Assembly: GCA_038231435.1 (NCBI GenBank)
Contig: JBBRLJ010000018.1
Location: forward strand, 32,001 to 96,000
DNA: 64,000 bases
Source: Planctomycetota bacterium
Lineage (GTDB): Bacteria > Planctomycetota > UBA11346
Direction of reading: 5' to 3'
Of the stretch, positions 38,258 through 48,587 are shown piece after piece. The notes under the pieces are model-generated. The model searched no databases. It was not told the origin of the DNA and worked only from the letters and a program-made list of their open reading frames with translations. Numbering within the stretch: position 1 is the first letter of the stretch; the number at the start of each line of letters is the position of its first letter. Both the position numbers and the translations under genes were made by a program.

Positions 38258-41200
38258 TCAACCGACGAAGCGCCGGCGCGAAAGGGCCGCGAATCCGCCC
38301 ATCGCCAGCAGCAACACGATGCCCGCCGCGCCCGAGCCCACGCCACAGCCGTTGCCGCTCGCGGCCTGGTGGTTCAGGCCACCCGGAGGCAGTGGAGGAC
38401 CGCCAGCGGCGAACTGCCGGCGATGCGACGCCGACTTCACCGGCGTCTCGCCGTGGTACAGCCGGCTCTGGTGCGACGCAGCGAAGCCGTTGAGGTTGCC
38501 GAGGCTCAATGTCGGGAAACGCACGATGTGCAGGTCGCTCGCCAGGTTGTCGCGAATCCAGTAGCCTTTGCCGGCATCGAACGAGGTGACCGAGGCGTAC
38601 GCGCCCGCGAGCGGATCCCACAGGAACGCGCTGACGCCGATCGCGGCGTCGCGCTCGGTGGATACCAGCTCGGCGTTGGTGGTCGAATCGAAGACCCGCA
38701 GGTCGTTCCAGGCATGAGTGTCGAAGGTGGTGGTGCCGTCGCCGAGCGAAGGGATCGAGATGAAATTCCAACCCGGGTGCAGGGTGACCTCGAAGAACAT
38801 CGGCAGCGGCACGCCGTCGAAATCGAGCCCGAAGTCGACACGGCTGGCCAGGAAGATCGCCTCGCCCGGTGTCAGGCCGCCGCTGGGGAGATTCGGCAGG
38901 CGCACGTAACCTTGCGACGTCGCGTCCCAGACATACGCCGAGGCCTGTTCATCGGAGTACGTGCCCGCGGTGGCGAGCAGATTGGCTAGACCGGTCGGGG
39001 TGTTCGCGCCGATGGCGCTGTAGGAAGTCACCTCGGCCGTGCTCCCCGGCAGAATCGGCGGCACGACCACGATAGGCGCGAGATCGGCGGCGGTGACCGT
39101 GTAGTCGGTCGTCGAAGCTCCATCGCCGACGGTGACGGTGTAGGTGCCCGGCTTCAGGGCGCACACAACCGCCTTCTGGGTCGGATCATTGTCGAGATCG
39201 CCGTCTGCATCGGTGAGCGCCAAGTCGGTGGTGAAGAAAGTGAACGAACCCTCGGGAGCGGGAGTCGCATAGATGAAGGTGGGAGCGCCGTTGGTACCGA
39301 GCACTGGCAGACCGTCGTGCAGATCGAACTCGATGACCTGGCCGATCGAGACGGCGATCGAGGTGCCCACCGGCGAACCCGCGACCAGCGCATCGACGAC
39401 CAACGGCTCGTGATCGACGATGGTGCCATCGAAAGTCGCGCGAGAGGAGTCCACCGCCACCGAGCCGCCGGAAAGCAGCGCGAGCGTGAAGGTCTCGTCG
39501 ATCGGCTCGAACACGCCATCGTCGGCCGGATTGACCGTGACGTAGCCAATGCTCGCGCCGCCCGGAACATTCACCGAGATGGAGCTGAGGCTGAAATCAT
39601 CCCCGAGATCGAGCACGGTCTCGCCGCCGCTGTTGGTCGCGCTGCCAGCGGTGATGCCCAGCAACACGCTCAGGCCGCCGGCCGGGGCTGGCGGCGACAC
39701 CTGGAACGCAACCTTCATCGGCAGGCCTTCATAGAAGATCCCCGTCGGCGCGACCCAGCCCACGGTGGCCGCGGTATCGTTGTCGGTGATGGTAACGGAC
39801 AGCGGCGTGATCGGAATGCCATTGAAGACCGGATCGGCGCTGGTCGCGGTGAAGGTCAGGGATCCGGAATGTGTGCCTTGGGGCAGGGAGTCATCCACCG
39901 CCATCACCGTCACGGCCTGCGGCGTCGACCAGTTCGCAGACGTGAACACCAGCGAGGGCGATGACACGTTCAGGAAAGCGTCCGGCGCCAGGGCTACGGT
40001 GACGTCCATGCTCGGCGCAGTCGACAGCGCGACCGTGATGGTGTCGACAGGGCCACCTTCGCCGACATCGGTCGTGCCTCCGGACTCGACGACGGTCACC
40101 TGGGCAATGGCGATGTTCACGGTGATGGTGTTCGAGTAATCCATGCCATCGAAGACATAGACATCGAAGGAATCCGAGGTGATCGAGGTCTCGATCGGTA
40201 GGAAGGATCGTCGCAGGGACGGTGCGGCGAATCCCGGACTGTCGGTCCCCTCTCCGATGATGACGAACGGAGAGTAGGAATAGGTGAAGAACCCAGTGGC
40301 ATCGTCGACGGAAACGGTGCCGTAGGTCGGCCCGCTGACCACATTGAAGGTGCGAGAAGGCCCATCGACATCAGCGACCGCCAGCAGCCCGGTTCCGTCC
40401 TGCGAGGACGAGCCGCTCACAGTGATGCTGCCTGGCGTCAGCACCCCGACGTCGCCGATGGGTGAGGGCGAACCGGTATACGTACCGGTGAAACCGCTTG
40501 CGCTATCGATGGCGAGCGGTCCCGCGAGCTCGTCGAGGTGCCAGACCGAAACCAGGTTGGGATCCGGTGTCGCCTGCGAAGCGGAAGCGAAGCCCATGAT
40601 CTGTGGTCCGGTGAGCGCAACGTTCCAGAGCCGGACCTCATCGATGATGTAGGAGCAGCTCGAGGTCGCCGAGCCTATCTCGAACGGCAGTCCCGCGTCG
40701 ATCGGAGGCGGCAGCGCGCTGCTGCCCACCAGATTGCCATCGATATACACTTCCGTGACGCTGGCCGTCTGGACCACCGCCAGGTGCAGCCACCTGCCGA
40801 CCGGGATCGTGGTGAACTCGACGTAGAACGCGCCGTTCGACCACCACTCGACCGATTTGTTGCCGCTGCCATCGTCGGAGATCCTCAGCAGATAGCCGGC
40901 TGTCGATGCATCGCCCGAGCCGGCGACCAGCATGCTCTCGTCGTCGAGCGGGGTCAGGAACTTCACCCACGCCTCGATGGTCATGGAAGCGGGCGTCAGG
41001 GCCGCCTGATGCGGCACAGTCACGTGATCGCCCGGAGCGAACGACAGCGCTCCGCCTGCGCCGAGCGTGGGAGAAGCATCGACGCCGACCGTCTCGATGC
41101 CGTCGACCACCGAAGCGTCGGTACCGTCGAAGACCTGGAAGGTGAACGTTTCGACTCCCGTGAACCCAGGCAGGGGCGTGTAGGTGAAATCGCCCGTCGC

Positions 41201-42430
41201 CGCATTGTCGAGCGTCACCGAACCGAGCGTCGGCTGGGTGACGAGCGAATAGGTGAGAGCATCGCCTTCGAAATCGCTGGCAGTCAACGAACCCGAGACG
41301 GATTGATCGTGCAAGGTCGAGATGACGCCATCGACCGCGATGGGCGGAGCGTTCACCTCGGAGACCAGGCTGAGACTGACAAAGGACGAAAAATCCCTCG
41401 TCAGGCGCAAGGGGCCGAACGAATGATTGGGAAAGGAGGCGAAATCCCCGGCGACGGACGCGTAGTCCATCACCGTGAAGCTGTCGCCAGCCGACAGCGA
41501 GCCCAGCAGGGCCACGTCGAGCACGCCGTCGAGGGACACCGCGGAGCCCACGCTGAGTCGGTCGAAATTCGCCACATCAGTCAATTCGATGGACAGCGTT
41601 CCCGAGGGCCCCTGTTGGAAGGCACCAGTCACGCTGAGGGTGCCGATCCCCGACACGCCCGGCGCGACTGTTCCTTGGTTGATCACATCGCCGTCGATGA
41701 TTCCCTCGCCGATGAGCGAGCCGCTGGAGATGGTCAGCTGCGGACACGACAGGGAGCAAGAGTTGTCCACCTCGATGATGCCCGTGTCATGCGTCACATT
41801 CTCTAGGAATGCCAGGGTCCCCGATTGCACCGTGATGGCGCCCTGGTCGTTGAATGCGCAACTGATCCAGGCCGAGCCCGCACCGGTCGATTTCAGCAGC
41901 GTACCGGTGGGCTCGTTGTTGATGAAGCCGAAGGAATTTCCCGGATCGAGGATCTGGATGTCCGATTGGAGATCGATGGTGCCGTTGTTCCATAGGTTCG
42001 CATCATCCTCGACGATGGCGGTTGGAGCGGCGAGCACGACCGTGCCGTCGTTGAGCAGGCCGCATCCAGGTCCGCTGAGGATCATGGTGCCGCCGACAAA
42101 CGAGAGCACGCCATTCGGGTAGACGTAGGTGTTGAGCGACACCAGCAGGATGTTGTCCACCACGGCCAGGGTCTGGACGCCGGTGCCGCCTCCGACGTTC
42201 ATATTCGCGACCACGGTTCCGCCCGAGAGCGTGACGGTGTAGGTTCCGGACGCATCGATGAAGACGTTGTCTCCTGAAGCCGGGACGGCGCTCAGATCCC
42301 AATTCGCGGCGACGTTCCAGCTGCCGCCCGAGGCATTGATCCAGTGCAGATCCTGGGCGAAGCCGCAGGTCGGCATCAGCATCATCACGAATGCCGCGAG
42401 AGCGGCGCGGCGGATCAGCGCGCAAAGCAT
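38258..42430 (-). CDS. Giant surface protein (beta-helix-like N-terminus, cadherin-like/Big, LamG, Calx-beta-like) with a Cys-containing C-terminal sorting signal
   Basis: Signal peptide; WNVAANW..VP; NAPPIAVDG..GDFTYTP; WLHLAV..IDEVRLW; SGNGCGVGSG-TM-RRR. Confidence 0.88.
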   Translation of the reverse strand: MLCALIRRAALAAFVMMLMPTCGFAQDLHWINASGGSWNVAANWDLSAVPASGDNVFIDASGTYTVTLSGGTVVANMNVGGGTGVQTLAVVDNILLVSLNTYVYPNGVLSFVGGTMILSGPGCGLLNDGTVVLAAPTAIVEDDANLWNNGTIDLQSDIQILDPGNSFGFINNEPTGTLLKSTGAGSAWISCAFNDQGAITVQSGTLAFLENVTHDTGIIEVDNSCSLSCPQLTISSGSLIGEGIIDGDVINQGTVAPGVSGIGTLSVTGAFQQGPSGTLSIELTDVANFDRLSVGSAVSLDGVLDVALLGSLSAGDSFTVMDYASVAGDFASFPNHSFGPLRLTRDFSSFVSLSLVSEVNAPPIAVDGVISTLHDQSVSGSLTASDFEGDALTYSLVTQPTLGSVTLDNAATGDFTYTPLPGFTGVETFTFQVFDGTDASVVDGIETVGVDASPTLGAGGALSFAPGDHVTVPHQAALTPASMTIEAWVKFLTPLDDESMLVAGSGDASTAGYLLRISDDGSGNKSVEWWSNGAFYVEFTTIPVGRWLHLAVVQTASVTEVYIDGNLVGSSALPPPIDAGLPFEIGSATSSCSYIIDEVRLWNVALTGPQIMGFASASQATPDPNLVSVWHLDELAGPLAIDSASGFTGTYTGSPSPIGDVGVLTPGSITVSGSSSQDGTGLLAVADVDGPSRTFNVVSGPTYGTVSVDDATGFFTYSYSPFVIIGEGTDSPGFAAPSLRRSFLPIETSITSDSFDVYVFDGMDYSNTITVNIAIAQVTVVESGGTTDVGEGGPVDTITVALSTAPSMDVTVALAPDAFLNVSSPSLVFTSANWSTPQAVTVMAVDDSLPQGTHSGSLTFTATSADPVFNGIPITPLSVTITDNDTAATVGWVAPTGIFYEGLPMKVAFQVSPPAPAGGLSVLLGITAGSATNSGGETVLDLGDDFSLSSISVNVPGGASIGYVTVNPADDGVFEPIDETFTLALLSGGSVAVDSSRATFDGTIVDHEPLVVDALVAGSPVGTSIAVSIGQVIEFDLHDGLPVLGTNGAPTFIYATPAPEGSFTFFTTDLALTDADGDLDNDPTQKAVVCALKPGTYTVTVGDGASTTDYTVTAADLAPIVVVPPILPGSTAEVTSYSAIGANTPTGLANLLATAGTYSDEQASAYVWDATSQGYVRLPNLPSGGLTPGEAIFLASRVDFGLDFDGVPLPMFFEVTLHPGWNFISIPSLGDGTTTFDTHAWNDLRVFDSTTNAELVSTERDAAIGVSAFLWDPLAGAYASVTSFDAGKGYWIRDNLASDLHIVRFPTLSLGNLNGFAASHQSRLYHGETPVKSASHRRQFAAGGPPLPPGGLNHQAASGNGCGVGSGAAGIVLLLAMGGFAALSRRRFVG

Positions 42431-42463
42431 GGAAGGTCCTTGGTAACCGTGGCGAAGTCCATG

Positions 42464-42519
42464 CAGCCTAGGGTACCTGGCGAGCGAGCAGCCGAAAAGG
42501 CGGCGATTGGTGCAACAAG
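42464..42519 (-). promoter_or_regulatory. Conserved promoter block upstream of surface protein 1
   Basis: Gapless alignment with 46259-46314; -10-like TAGGCT. Confidence 0.6.
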
Positions 42520-42700
42520 GTCATGCCCAGGCCCGGAACCACCTGGAACGTTTCGTCCGGAGCCGGAACGGGAACAGGGACGGCACGGAGTCGGATCGAG
42601 CGCGGCGGTGCCTACCTAGTGCCGCGACTTCTCTACACAGCCACTTCGGCTGCCAAGGAATGGAGAATACTGCCGATTCACGCTACACCTACCGACGAAC

Positions 42701-45700
42701 TCAACCGTCCAAGCGCCGACGTGACAGCGCCGCGAAGCCGGCCATGGCAAGCAGCAGCACGACGCCCGCCGCACCAGAGCCCACGCCGCAGCCGTTGCCG
42801 CTCGCGGCGTGCTGGTGCAGTCCGCCCGGAGGCAGCGGCGGGCCGCCAGCGGCGAACTGCCGGCGGTGAGCGGAGGTCTTCACCGGAGTCTCGCCGTGGT
42901 AGAGCCGGCTCTGATGCGATGCGGCGAAACCGTTGAGAGTGCCGAGGCTGAGCGTGGGGAAGCGCACGATGTGCAGATCGCTCGCCAGGTTGTCGCGGAT
43001 CCAGTAGCCCTTGCCGGCGTCGAACGAAGTGACCGAGGCATACGCGCCCGCGAGCGGATTCCACAGGAAGGCGTTGATCCCGATCGCCGCATCGCGCTCG
43101 GTCGACACCAACTCGGCGTTGGTAGTCGAATCGAAGACCCGCAGGTCGTTCCAGGCATGGGTGTCGAAGGTGGTGGCGCCATCACCCAGGGACGGGATGG
43201 TGATGAAGTTCCAGCCCGGATGCAGCGAGACCTCGAAGAACATCGGCAGCGGCACGCCGTCGAAATCCAATGCGAAATCCACGCGGCTGGCCAGGAATAC
43301 CGCCTCGCCCGGCGTCAGGCCGCCGCTGGGTTGGCTCGGCAGGCGGACGTAGCCCTGCGACGACGCGTCCCACACGTACGCCGACGCCTGGGTGTCCGAA
43401 TACGATCCCGCGACGCCGAGCAGGTTCGCGAGGCCCGCGGGAGTGTTCGCGCCGATGGCGCTGTACGCGGTGTTTTCCTCGGTGCTGCCCGGCAGCACCG
43501 GCGGCGTGACCACGATGGGCGAGAGATCGGACGCGGTGACGGTGTAGTCGGTGGTGCCCAGGCCATCGCCGACGGTGAAGGTGTAGACGCCGGGTCTGAG
43601 CGCGCACACCACCGCCTTCTGCACGGGATCGCTGTCGCCGTCGGGAGTGGGGATATCGCCATCTGCGCGCACCAGATCGGTGGTGAAGAACGTGAAGGTT
43701 CCCGACGGGGCCGACGTCGAGTAGACGAAGGTCGGAGCGCCATTGGAACCAAGCACCGGCACGCCGTCGTGCAGGTCGAACTCGATGACCTGACCGATCG
43801 ACACCGAGATCGAGGTGCCGGTCGGGGAGCCCCCGACCAGAGCGGTCAGCGACAGCGGCTCGTGGTCGACGATCAGTCCCGTGAACGTCCTGCGCGCGAG
43901 GTCGACATCGACGCCTGGCCCGGCAATGAGATCGATGGTGAAATCCTCGTCGGACGGTTCGAGAACGGCATCGTCGATGGGAGTGACCACCACCGTGACA
44001 CTCGTGGCGCCCGCAGGGACGGAGACCGGGTTGGCGCTCAGGGTGAAGTCGGCGGGATCGGTCGCGATGCCGCCGGTGATGTTCAGGGAGATGTCCAGAC
44101 CGCCCACTGGCGCGGGTGCCGAGAGCTGGATCGCGATCGGCATGGCCAGGCCTTCATAGAAATCAGCGGAGGGTTTCGTCCATCCGACGGTGACGTTCGG
44201 CAGGGCGATGCCCAACTGCACGGTCACGACGGCCGGATACGAGACATCGGTTCCATCGGAGACCTCATAGGTAAATGCGTCCGTGCCACTCTGCCCAGGA
44301 TTCACGATGTAGGTGTACGCGCCGGTGGACTGGTCATCGATCGTCACCGTGCCTTTCGTGGGAGGTGTCAGCACGGTGAAGGCGTGGGTTGGGCCATCGA
44401 TGTCGTAGACGCCGAGGAATCCGTGACCCGGGCTGCCGAGGTCGGCGTTGATGGCCGCGTTCGGGGACAGGACTCCCATGTCTCCGGTCTGGACTGGCGC
44501 ACCGATGATGGTGCCATCGAAGCCGTTGGCAGATTCGATGGCGACGCCAGCGCTGATCTGGTCCAGGTGCCAGACCGCCACCAGATCGGTCGCCGGCACG
44601 GCGAGGCTGGGTAGCATGGCCTCCGTAGGGTCCACCGAGGTCGTGGAGCGCGAGTCCAAATCGCTGGGATCGAGGACCACCCGCCAAACCCGCACTTCGT
44701 CCATCAGGAAGGAGTTGTCGGATAATGCCGACGATCCGAACGTGAATGGCTGCAGCGCATCCACCAGCGGACCCACGGTTCCAGTGGCGATAGCAACGTC
44801 GTCGATATAAATGATGGCATCGGTACCGGTCTGCGTGACCGCCAAGTGGATCCAGCGTCCGAGTGGCAGGGTCTGGTATTGACTGATGCTCGATCCGCCA
44901 GCGGTCCAGCTGATCCGTTGACCATCGGAATTATCGATGTCCAACTCGTAACCATCAGATCCCGTGGTTGAGCTTGCGACCACCCAGGTGGTCGAGGAGC
45001 CAGGATAATCGAGCAGCTTCACCCACGCCTCGAGCGTGATGTCCGGAGGAGTGAGCGCTGCCTGATGGGAAACGGAGACGCTGTCCCCTGGAGTGAAGGC
45101 GAGCGAGGTTCCATTCGCGGCAACCGGGATGGAATTGACCGCCACGACGGTCACACCCATGGATCCCGCGACATAGTACGCGGAGAACGTGTAGCCGGGA
45201 TCGAGGAAACTGATCACCGAGGAGAAGCTGCCCGTGCTCGAACCAAAAAATACGGCTCCGACGGAATCACCCACATTGGGCAGATATCCGGTTGCCGACG
45301 CGTACAGCGAGCCCGCCAGAGTCGCAGTCCCGGCGACCTGCAGGTAGCTCGGGGTGTAGAGATCGCCCACCTCGATCACCAGGATGCCCAATGGATCCTG
45401 CTGGTAGTTTCCGCTCACGATCAGGCCGAACGCGGCATCCGGGACGATGGTGCCGAGATTGACGAGGTCGCTCTGCACGTAGCCATGACCGACCAACACG
45501 GCGCCGCTGCCGATAGTCAATGGCGACGGGCAAGAGACCGTGGAGCCCCCGAGCAGATCCACCTGGCCGGTGACAGTCTGCGGGTTGGAGAATCCCAGGG
45601 TACCGGCATCGACCAGGATCACGGCGATCGATCCCGATTGGGACACGCTGGGGACGATGGTCGCCGTGCCCGTTCCGCTGAGCTTCTCGATGGTGCTGGC

Positions 45701-46222
45701 GTTGACGATGCTGCCGGTCGCGGACGGGTCGGCGATCGAGAAATCACCGTCGATGGTCAGATTCCCGTTGTTCGTCAAGATCGCGTTGTTGGCAATATTC
45801 AGTCCGCCGTCCGTCTGCAGGACGATGAGCCCGCCATTGCCCAGGGTCACGCCGGCGCCATTAAGGATCAGGATACCACCCAGCGAGATGATCGCCTGCG
45901 CGCCGAACTGGATGGCGCTCGCGCCGCTAGGAGTCAGGCTTCCACCGCTCGCGATGGTCAATACCGGAAATGCGAGGCTGCCATCCCCGACGACCAGGTC
46001 AGTCACCGCCCGGACGTCGGACACCGTGACGGTGTAACTTCCAGAGGCGTCGATGATCGCGCGATCGGTCGAGGTCGGCACCACCGCGGGCGTCCAGTTC
46101 GCCGCGACGTTCCAGTTTCCGTCCGCACCGGTCGCCCAATGCACATCCTGCGCGAAGCCGCACATCGGTACCAACGCCAACACCATCACGATCGCGGTTC
46201 GACGCAGGGACGCGGAGAGCAT
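42701..46222 (-). CDS. Giant surface protein paralog 2 with the same C-terminal sorting signal
   Basis: Same architecture with fewer Ig-like units; C-terminal region nearly identical to paralog 1. Confidence 0.88.
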   Translation of the reverse strand: MLSASLRRTAIVMVLALVPMCGFAQDVHWATGADGNWNVAANWTPAVVPTSTDRAIIDASGSYTVTVSDVRAVTDLVVGDGSLAFPVLTIASGGSLTPSGASAIQFGAQAIISLGGILILNGAGVTLGNGGLIVLQTDGGLNIANNAILTNNGNLTIDGDFSIADPSATGSIVNASTIEKLSGTGTATIVPSVSQSGSIAVILVDAGTLGFSNPQTVTGQVDLLGGSTVSCPSPLTIGSGAVLVGHGYVQSDLVNLGTIVPDAAFGLIVSGNYQQDPLGILVIEVGDLYTPSYLQVAGTATLAGSLYASATGYLPNVGDSVGAVFFGSSTGSFSSVISFLDPGYTFSAYYVAGSMGVTVVAVNSIPVAANGTSLAFTPGDSVSVSHQAALTPPDITLEAWVKLLDYPGSSTTWVVASSTTGSDGYELDIDNSDGQRISWTAGGSSISQYQTLPLGRWIHLAVTQTGTDAIIYIDDVAIATGTVGPLVDALQPFTFGSSALSDNSFLMDEVRVWRVVLDPSDLDSRSTTSVDPTEAMLPSLAVPATDLVAVWHLDQISAGVAIESANGFDGTIIGAPVQTGDMGVLSPNAAINADLGSPGHGFLGVYDIDGPTHAFTVLTPPTKGTVTIDDQSTGAYTYIVNPGQSGTDAFTYEVSDGTDVSYPAVVTVQLGIALPNVTVGWTKPSADFYEGLAMPIAIQLSAPAPVGGLDISLNITGGIATDPADFTLSANPVSVPAGATSVTVVVTPIDDAVLEPSDEDFTIDLIAGPGVDVDLARRTFTGLIVDHEPLSLTALVGGSPTGTSISVSIGQVIEFDLHDGVPVLGSNGAPTFVYSTSAPSGTFTFFTTDLVRADGDIPTPDGDSDPVQKAVVCALRPGVYTFTVGDGLGTTDYTVTASDLSPIVVTPPVLPGSTEENTAYSAIGANTPAGLANLLGVAGSYSDTQASAYVWDASSQGYVRLPSQPSGGLTPGEAVFLASRVDFALDFDGVPLPMFFEVSLHPGWNFITIPSLGDGATTFDTHAWNDLRVFDSTTNAELVSTERDAAIGINAFLWNPLAGAYASVTSFDAGKGYWIRDNLASDLHIVRFPTLSLGTLNGFAASHQSRLYHGETPVKTSAHRRQFAAGGPPLPPGGLHQHAASGNGCGVGSGAAGVVLLLAMAGFAALSRRRLDG

Positions 46223-46258
46223 ATGGAATCCTTCGTGCCGTTGAGATCGGCGTCTGGT

Positions 46259-46314
46259 CAGTCTAGGGAGTCGATGGTTGAAGCAGCGGAGAAGGCCTGG
46301 ATCGTTTCAACAAG
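46259..46314 (-). promoter_or_regulatory. Conserved promoter block upstream of surface protein 2
   Basis: Gapless alignment with 42464-42519; -10-like TAGACT. Confidence 0.6.
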
Positions 46315-46394
46315 ACCAGAGTCCCGCCGCATCGTCAGAACCGTCTGGCTCAGCCCGCCAGTCAGAGTCGGGAATGGCTGGCGTAGCTGCGCGG

Positions 46395-47345
46395 TCAGGG
46401 CGGCGACGGCGGAGGCGACAACGGATTGGGTCCGCTGAACGCCTGGTTGATCACCTGGTTCGTCACCTCGTTCGAGACGTCCTTCTCGATTTCCGAACTA
46501 ATCTGGGCATTGATGTCGTTGCCGGCGTTGCTGAGGTCGACGTCGTGATCGCCGATCTGCGGTCCGCCCTCGACGCCGCTGCCGGCGCTGTTGCCGTTCA
46601 CGCCGCCGTCGGCGGTGCTGTTCTCGGCGGCGCTGGTGTCCCATGAGGAATCGGGAGCCGGGGTGTCACCCTGCGACTGCAGCGACGAATGCTCGCTGGC
46701 CGACGAGGTCTGGATCTGCGGACGACCGAGCAGGTTGTGCACCGGGCCGAGACCCGAGGCATCGGCGGTCAGGCCCTGGCGGGAGTTCATCTCGACTCCT
46801 TCCGATCCCGAGAGCGCGGCGATCGCCTCGGCGACCTCCTTGCGCACGTTGACCAGGATCTTGCCGTGGACCAGGGCGACATAGTCGGTGTCGGCCTTGA
46901 CGCGCTCGACCACCAGCAGCGTGCCGGTGACCTTCACGTCGATGATCTTGCCGAGTACGTGGACGTCCGTGTAAGCGCCCTTGTCGGCGATGTCGGCTTC
47001 GAGCTGTCCGGATACCAGGTGCGCGACAAGACTGGTGCCGGTGCCATCGGTCTTCTCGTCGATGAACATCTCGGCCTTGGGCGAGAGGTAGAGCGAGCAG
47101 CGCGGCGCCTTCGCCAGCACCACGCGTACCGCGCGATCCCCCGCAGTCATGTGCGTGCCGCTGGGGATCTCGCCGCCCAGGGTCGCTGAGGCGTCGCCGA
47201 TCTTCCCGGCTCCGGCCTTCCAGGTCGCGAGCACGTCGGCTCGTTCCGCGCCCTGCGCGCCCTCTGCAATCTCCGCAGCGAAGGCGGTCGGAGCATAGGC
47301 GCCGATGGAGATGGAGATCGCAGCGGCGAGGATGACGGCACGCAT
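46395..47345 (-). CDS. Secreted FecR-domain protein
   Basis: Signal peptide; LYLSPKAEM..HLVSGQL..VKVTGT..VALVHGKI FecR-type strand pattern; low-complexity tail ending PPSPP. Confidence 0.75.
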   Translation of the reverse strand: MRAVILAAAISISIGAYAPTAFAAEIAEGAQGAERADVLATWKAGAGKIGDASATLGGEIPSGTHMTAGDRAVRVVLAKAPRCSLYLSPKAEMFIDEKTDGTGTSLVAHLVSGQLEADIADKGAYTDVHVLGKIIDVKVTGTLLVVERVKADTDYVALVHGKILVNVRKEVAEAIAALSGSEGVEMNSRQGLTADASGLGPVHNLLGRPQIQTSSASEHSSLQSQGDTPAPDSSWDTSAAENSTADGGVNGNSAGSGVEGGPQIGDHDVDLSNAGNDINAQISSEIEKDVSNEVTNQVINQAFSGPNPLSPPPSPP

Positions 47346-47353
47346 GGTTGCTC

Positions 47354-48403
47354 CTACCAGATGACGCTGAGCCGACCGCCTGCCTGGAGGCGGTCGTAGG
47401 TGTCGCGAGAGATGTTGGCGTTACGGATGGTGTAGCCGACGAACGCGCCGACCGAGGCGTTCTCGCACATCCATACGTCGCCGGTGACGGCGTAGGTGGT
47501 GATCGCCTGGCGCTCGCGCTCGAGGCCGATCGAGCCACGATCGTAGCGGCGCAGCTCGAGGCCGACGCGCGCGGACAGGTCGATGGTCCCGGCGACGGGG
47601 CGCGTGCCTCCGTGCAGACGGTAGAAGCCGCCGAGGCTTCCGCCCAGGCCCGTATAGGAGTCGATCGCGGCGTTGGCCACGAAGCGCACCAAGCGCAGCG
47701 AGAACTCGGCGCGGCGGCGCACGTTGCGGTCTTCGAGCATGTACCAGTGCCGGTATGCCACCTCGCCCTCGATGCCCGAGCTGTCGCTGTTTCCCTTGTA
47801 GCGCAACACCTGAGCGCCGGCAGATATGATCGAGACGTTGCGCCCCCAGGTGTCGGCGGCATAGAGGTTCTCGCTGCCGGCGGAGGCAGCGTATTTGCTG
47901 TCGAGCCAGAAGGCGTTGAAGCCGGTGGCCGAACCCACGATCACGCCATGCACGTCGAGCTGATCGTTCAGGCCACCGCCGACGCGGATCAGATTGGCTT
48001 GTGTCACGTCGGGATAGTCGCTGACGTCGCCATCGAGGCTGACGCTCATCTTGAAGCGCTGCGTGCGCACCACCGCGGCGGTCGCGCGCGCGCCAGCGGT
48101 GAGCGCCAGGCCAGACGAACCGGTGCTCGACGGGCTCTCGCTCGGCTGCAGCAAGATGTTGCTGTCGTAGCCGGCGCCGATCGAACCCGACACGGTCAGG
48201 AACTTCTGGCCTGGCGCCGGAGCCCGCCCCGCTGGCGCGTTGGCCGGCGTGGCCACGTGGGCCGAGGCGTCCTGCGCGGGGAGCTGGGCCGGGGCTTGCG
48301 CCGGAGCGGCGGCCGCATCGGCGGGGAGAGCGCCCGGTTGGTCCTCCGCGAAGATCGAGGAGGAACCGGCGGCTAGACAGAGCAAGGCGAGACACGAACG
48401 CAT
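47354..48403 (-). CDS. Outer-membrane beta-barrel protein
   Basis: Signal peptide; first strand GAGYDSNI; alternating amphipathic strands; C-terminal LQAGGRLSVIW ending in an aromatic residue. Confidence 0.8.
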   Translation of the reverse strand: MRSCLALLCLAAGSSSIFAEDQPGALPADAAAAPAQAPAQLPAQDASAHVATPANAPAGRAPAPGQKFLTVSGSIGAGYDSNILLQPSESPSSTGSSGLALTAGARATAAVVRTQRFKMSVSLDGDVSDYPDVTQANLIRVGGGLNDQLDVHGVIVGSATGFNAFWLDSKYAASAGSENLYAADTWGRNVSIISAGAQVLRYKGNSDSSGIEGEVAYRHWYMLEDRNVRRRAEFSLRLVRFVANAAIDSYTGLGGSLGGFYRLHGGTRPVAGTIDLSARVGLELRRYDRGSIGLERERQAITTYAVTGDVWMCENASVGAFVGYTIRNANISRDTYDRLQAGGRLSVIW

Positions 48404-48587
48404 CTGGACTCCGGGTAGGCCCGGGAGTGGTGTCTCCCGGAGCGCTAAAATCAGGGCTCTCGTATACCGTGGGCGGCCCCCCTGCGCAACGCATGCTGGA
48501 CGCAACGACTGGAACGACGACCCGCGCCGTCGCACCATCCAGTTCACACCAGCCAGGCAGGCGCTACCCTGGGCCGCGGAGGTGGAA

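Noticed and set aside
38258..43300. Near-identical 3' ends as a DGR template/variable repeat pair
   Set aside because: Differences are mostly synonymous and not adenine-specific; both copies are coding; there is no reverse transcriptase in the window.
38258..46222. Classical autotransporters
   Set aside because: The N-termini are passenger-like, but the proteins end in a TM helix plus basic residues rather than a beta-barrel.
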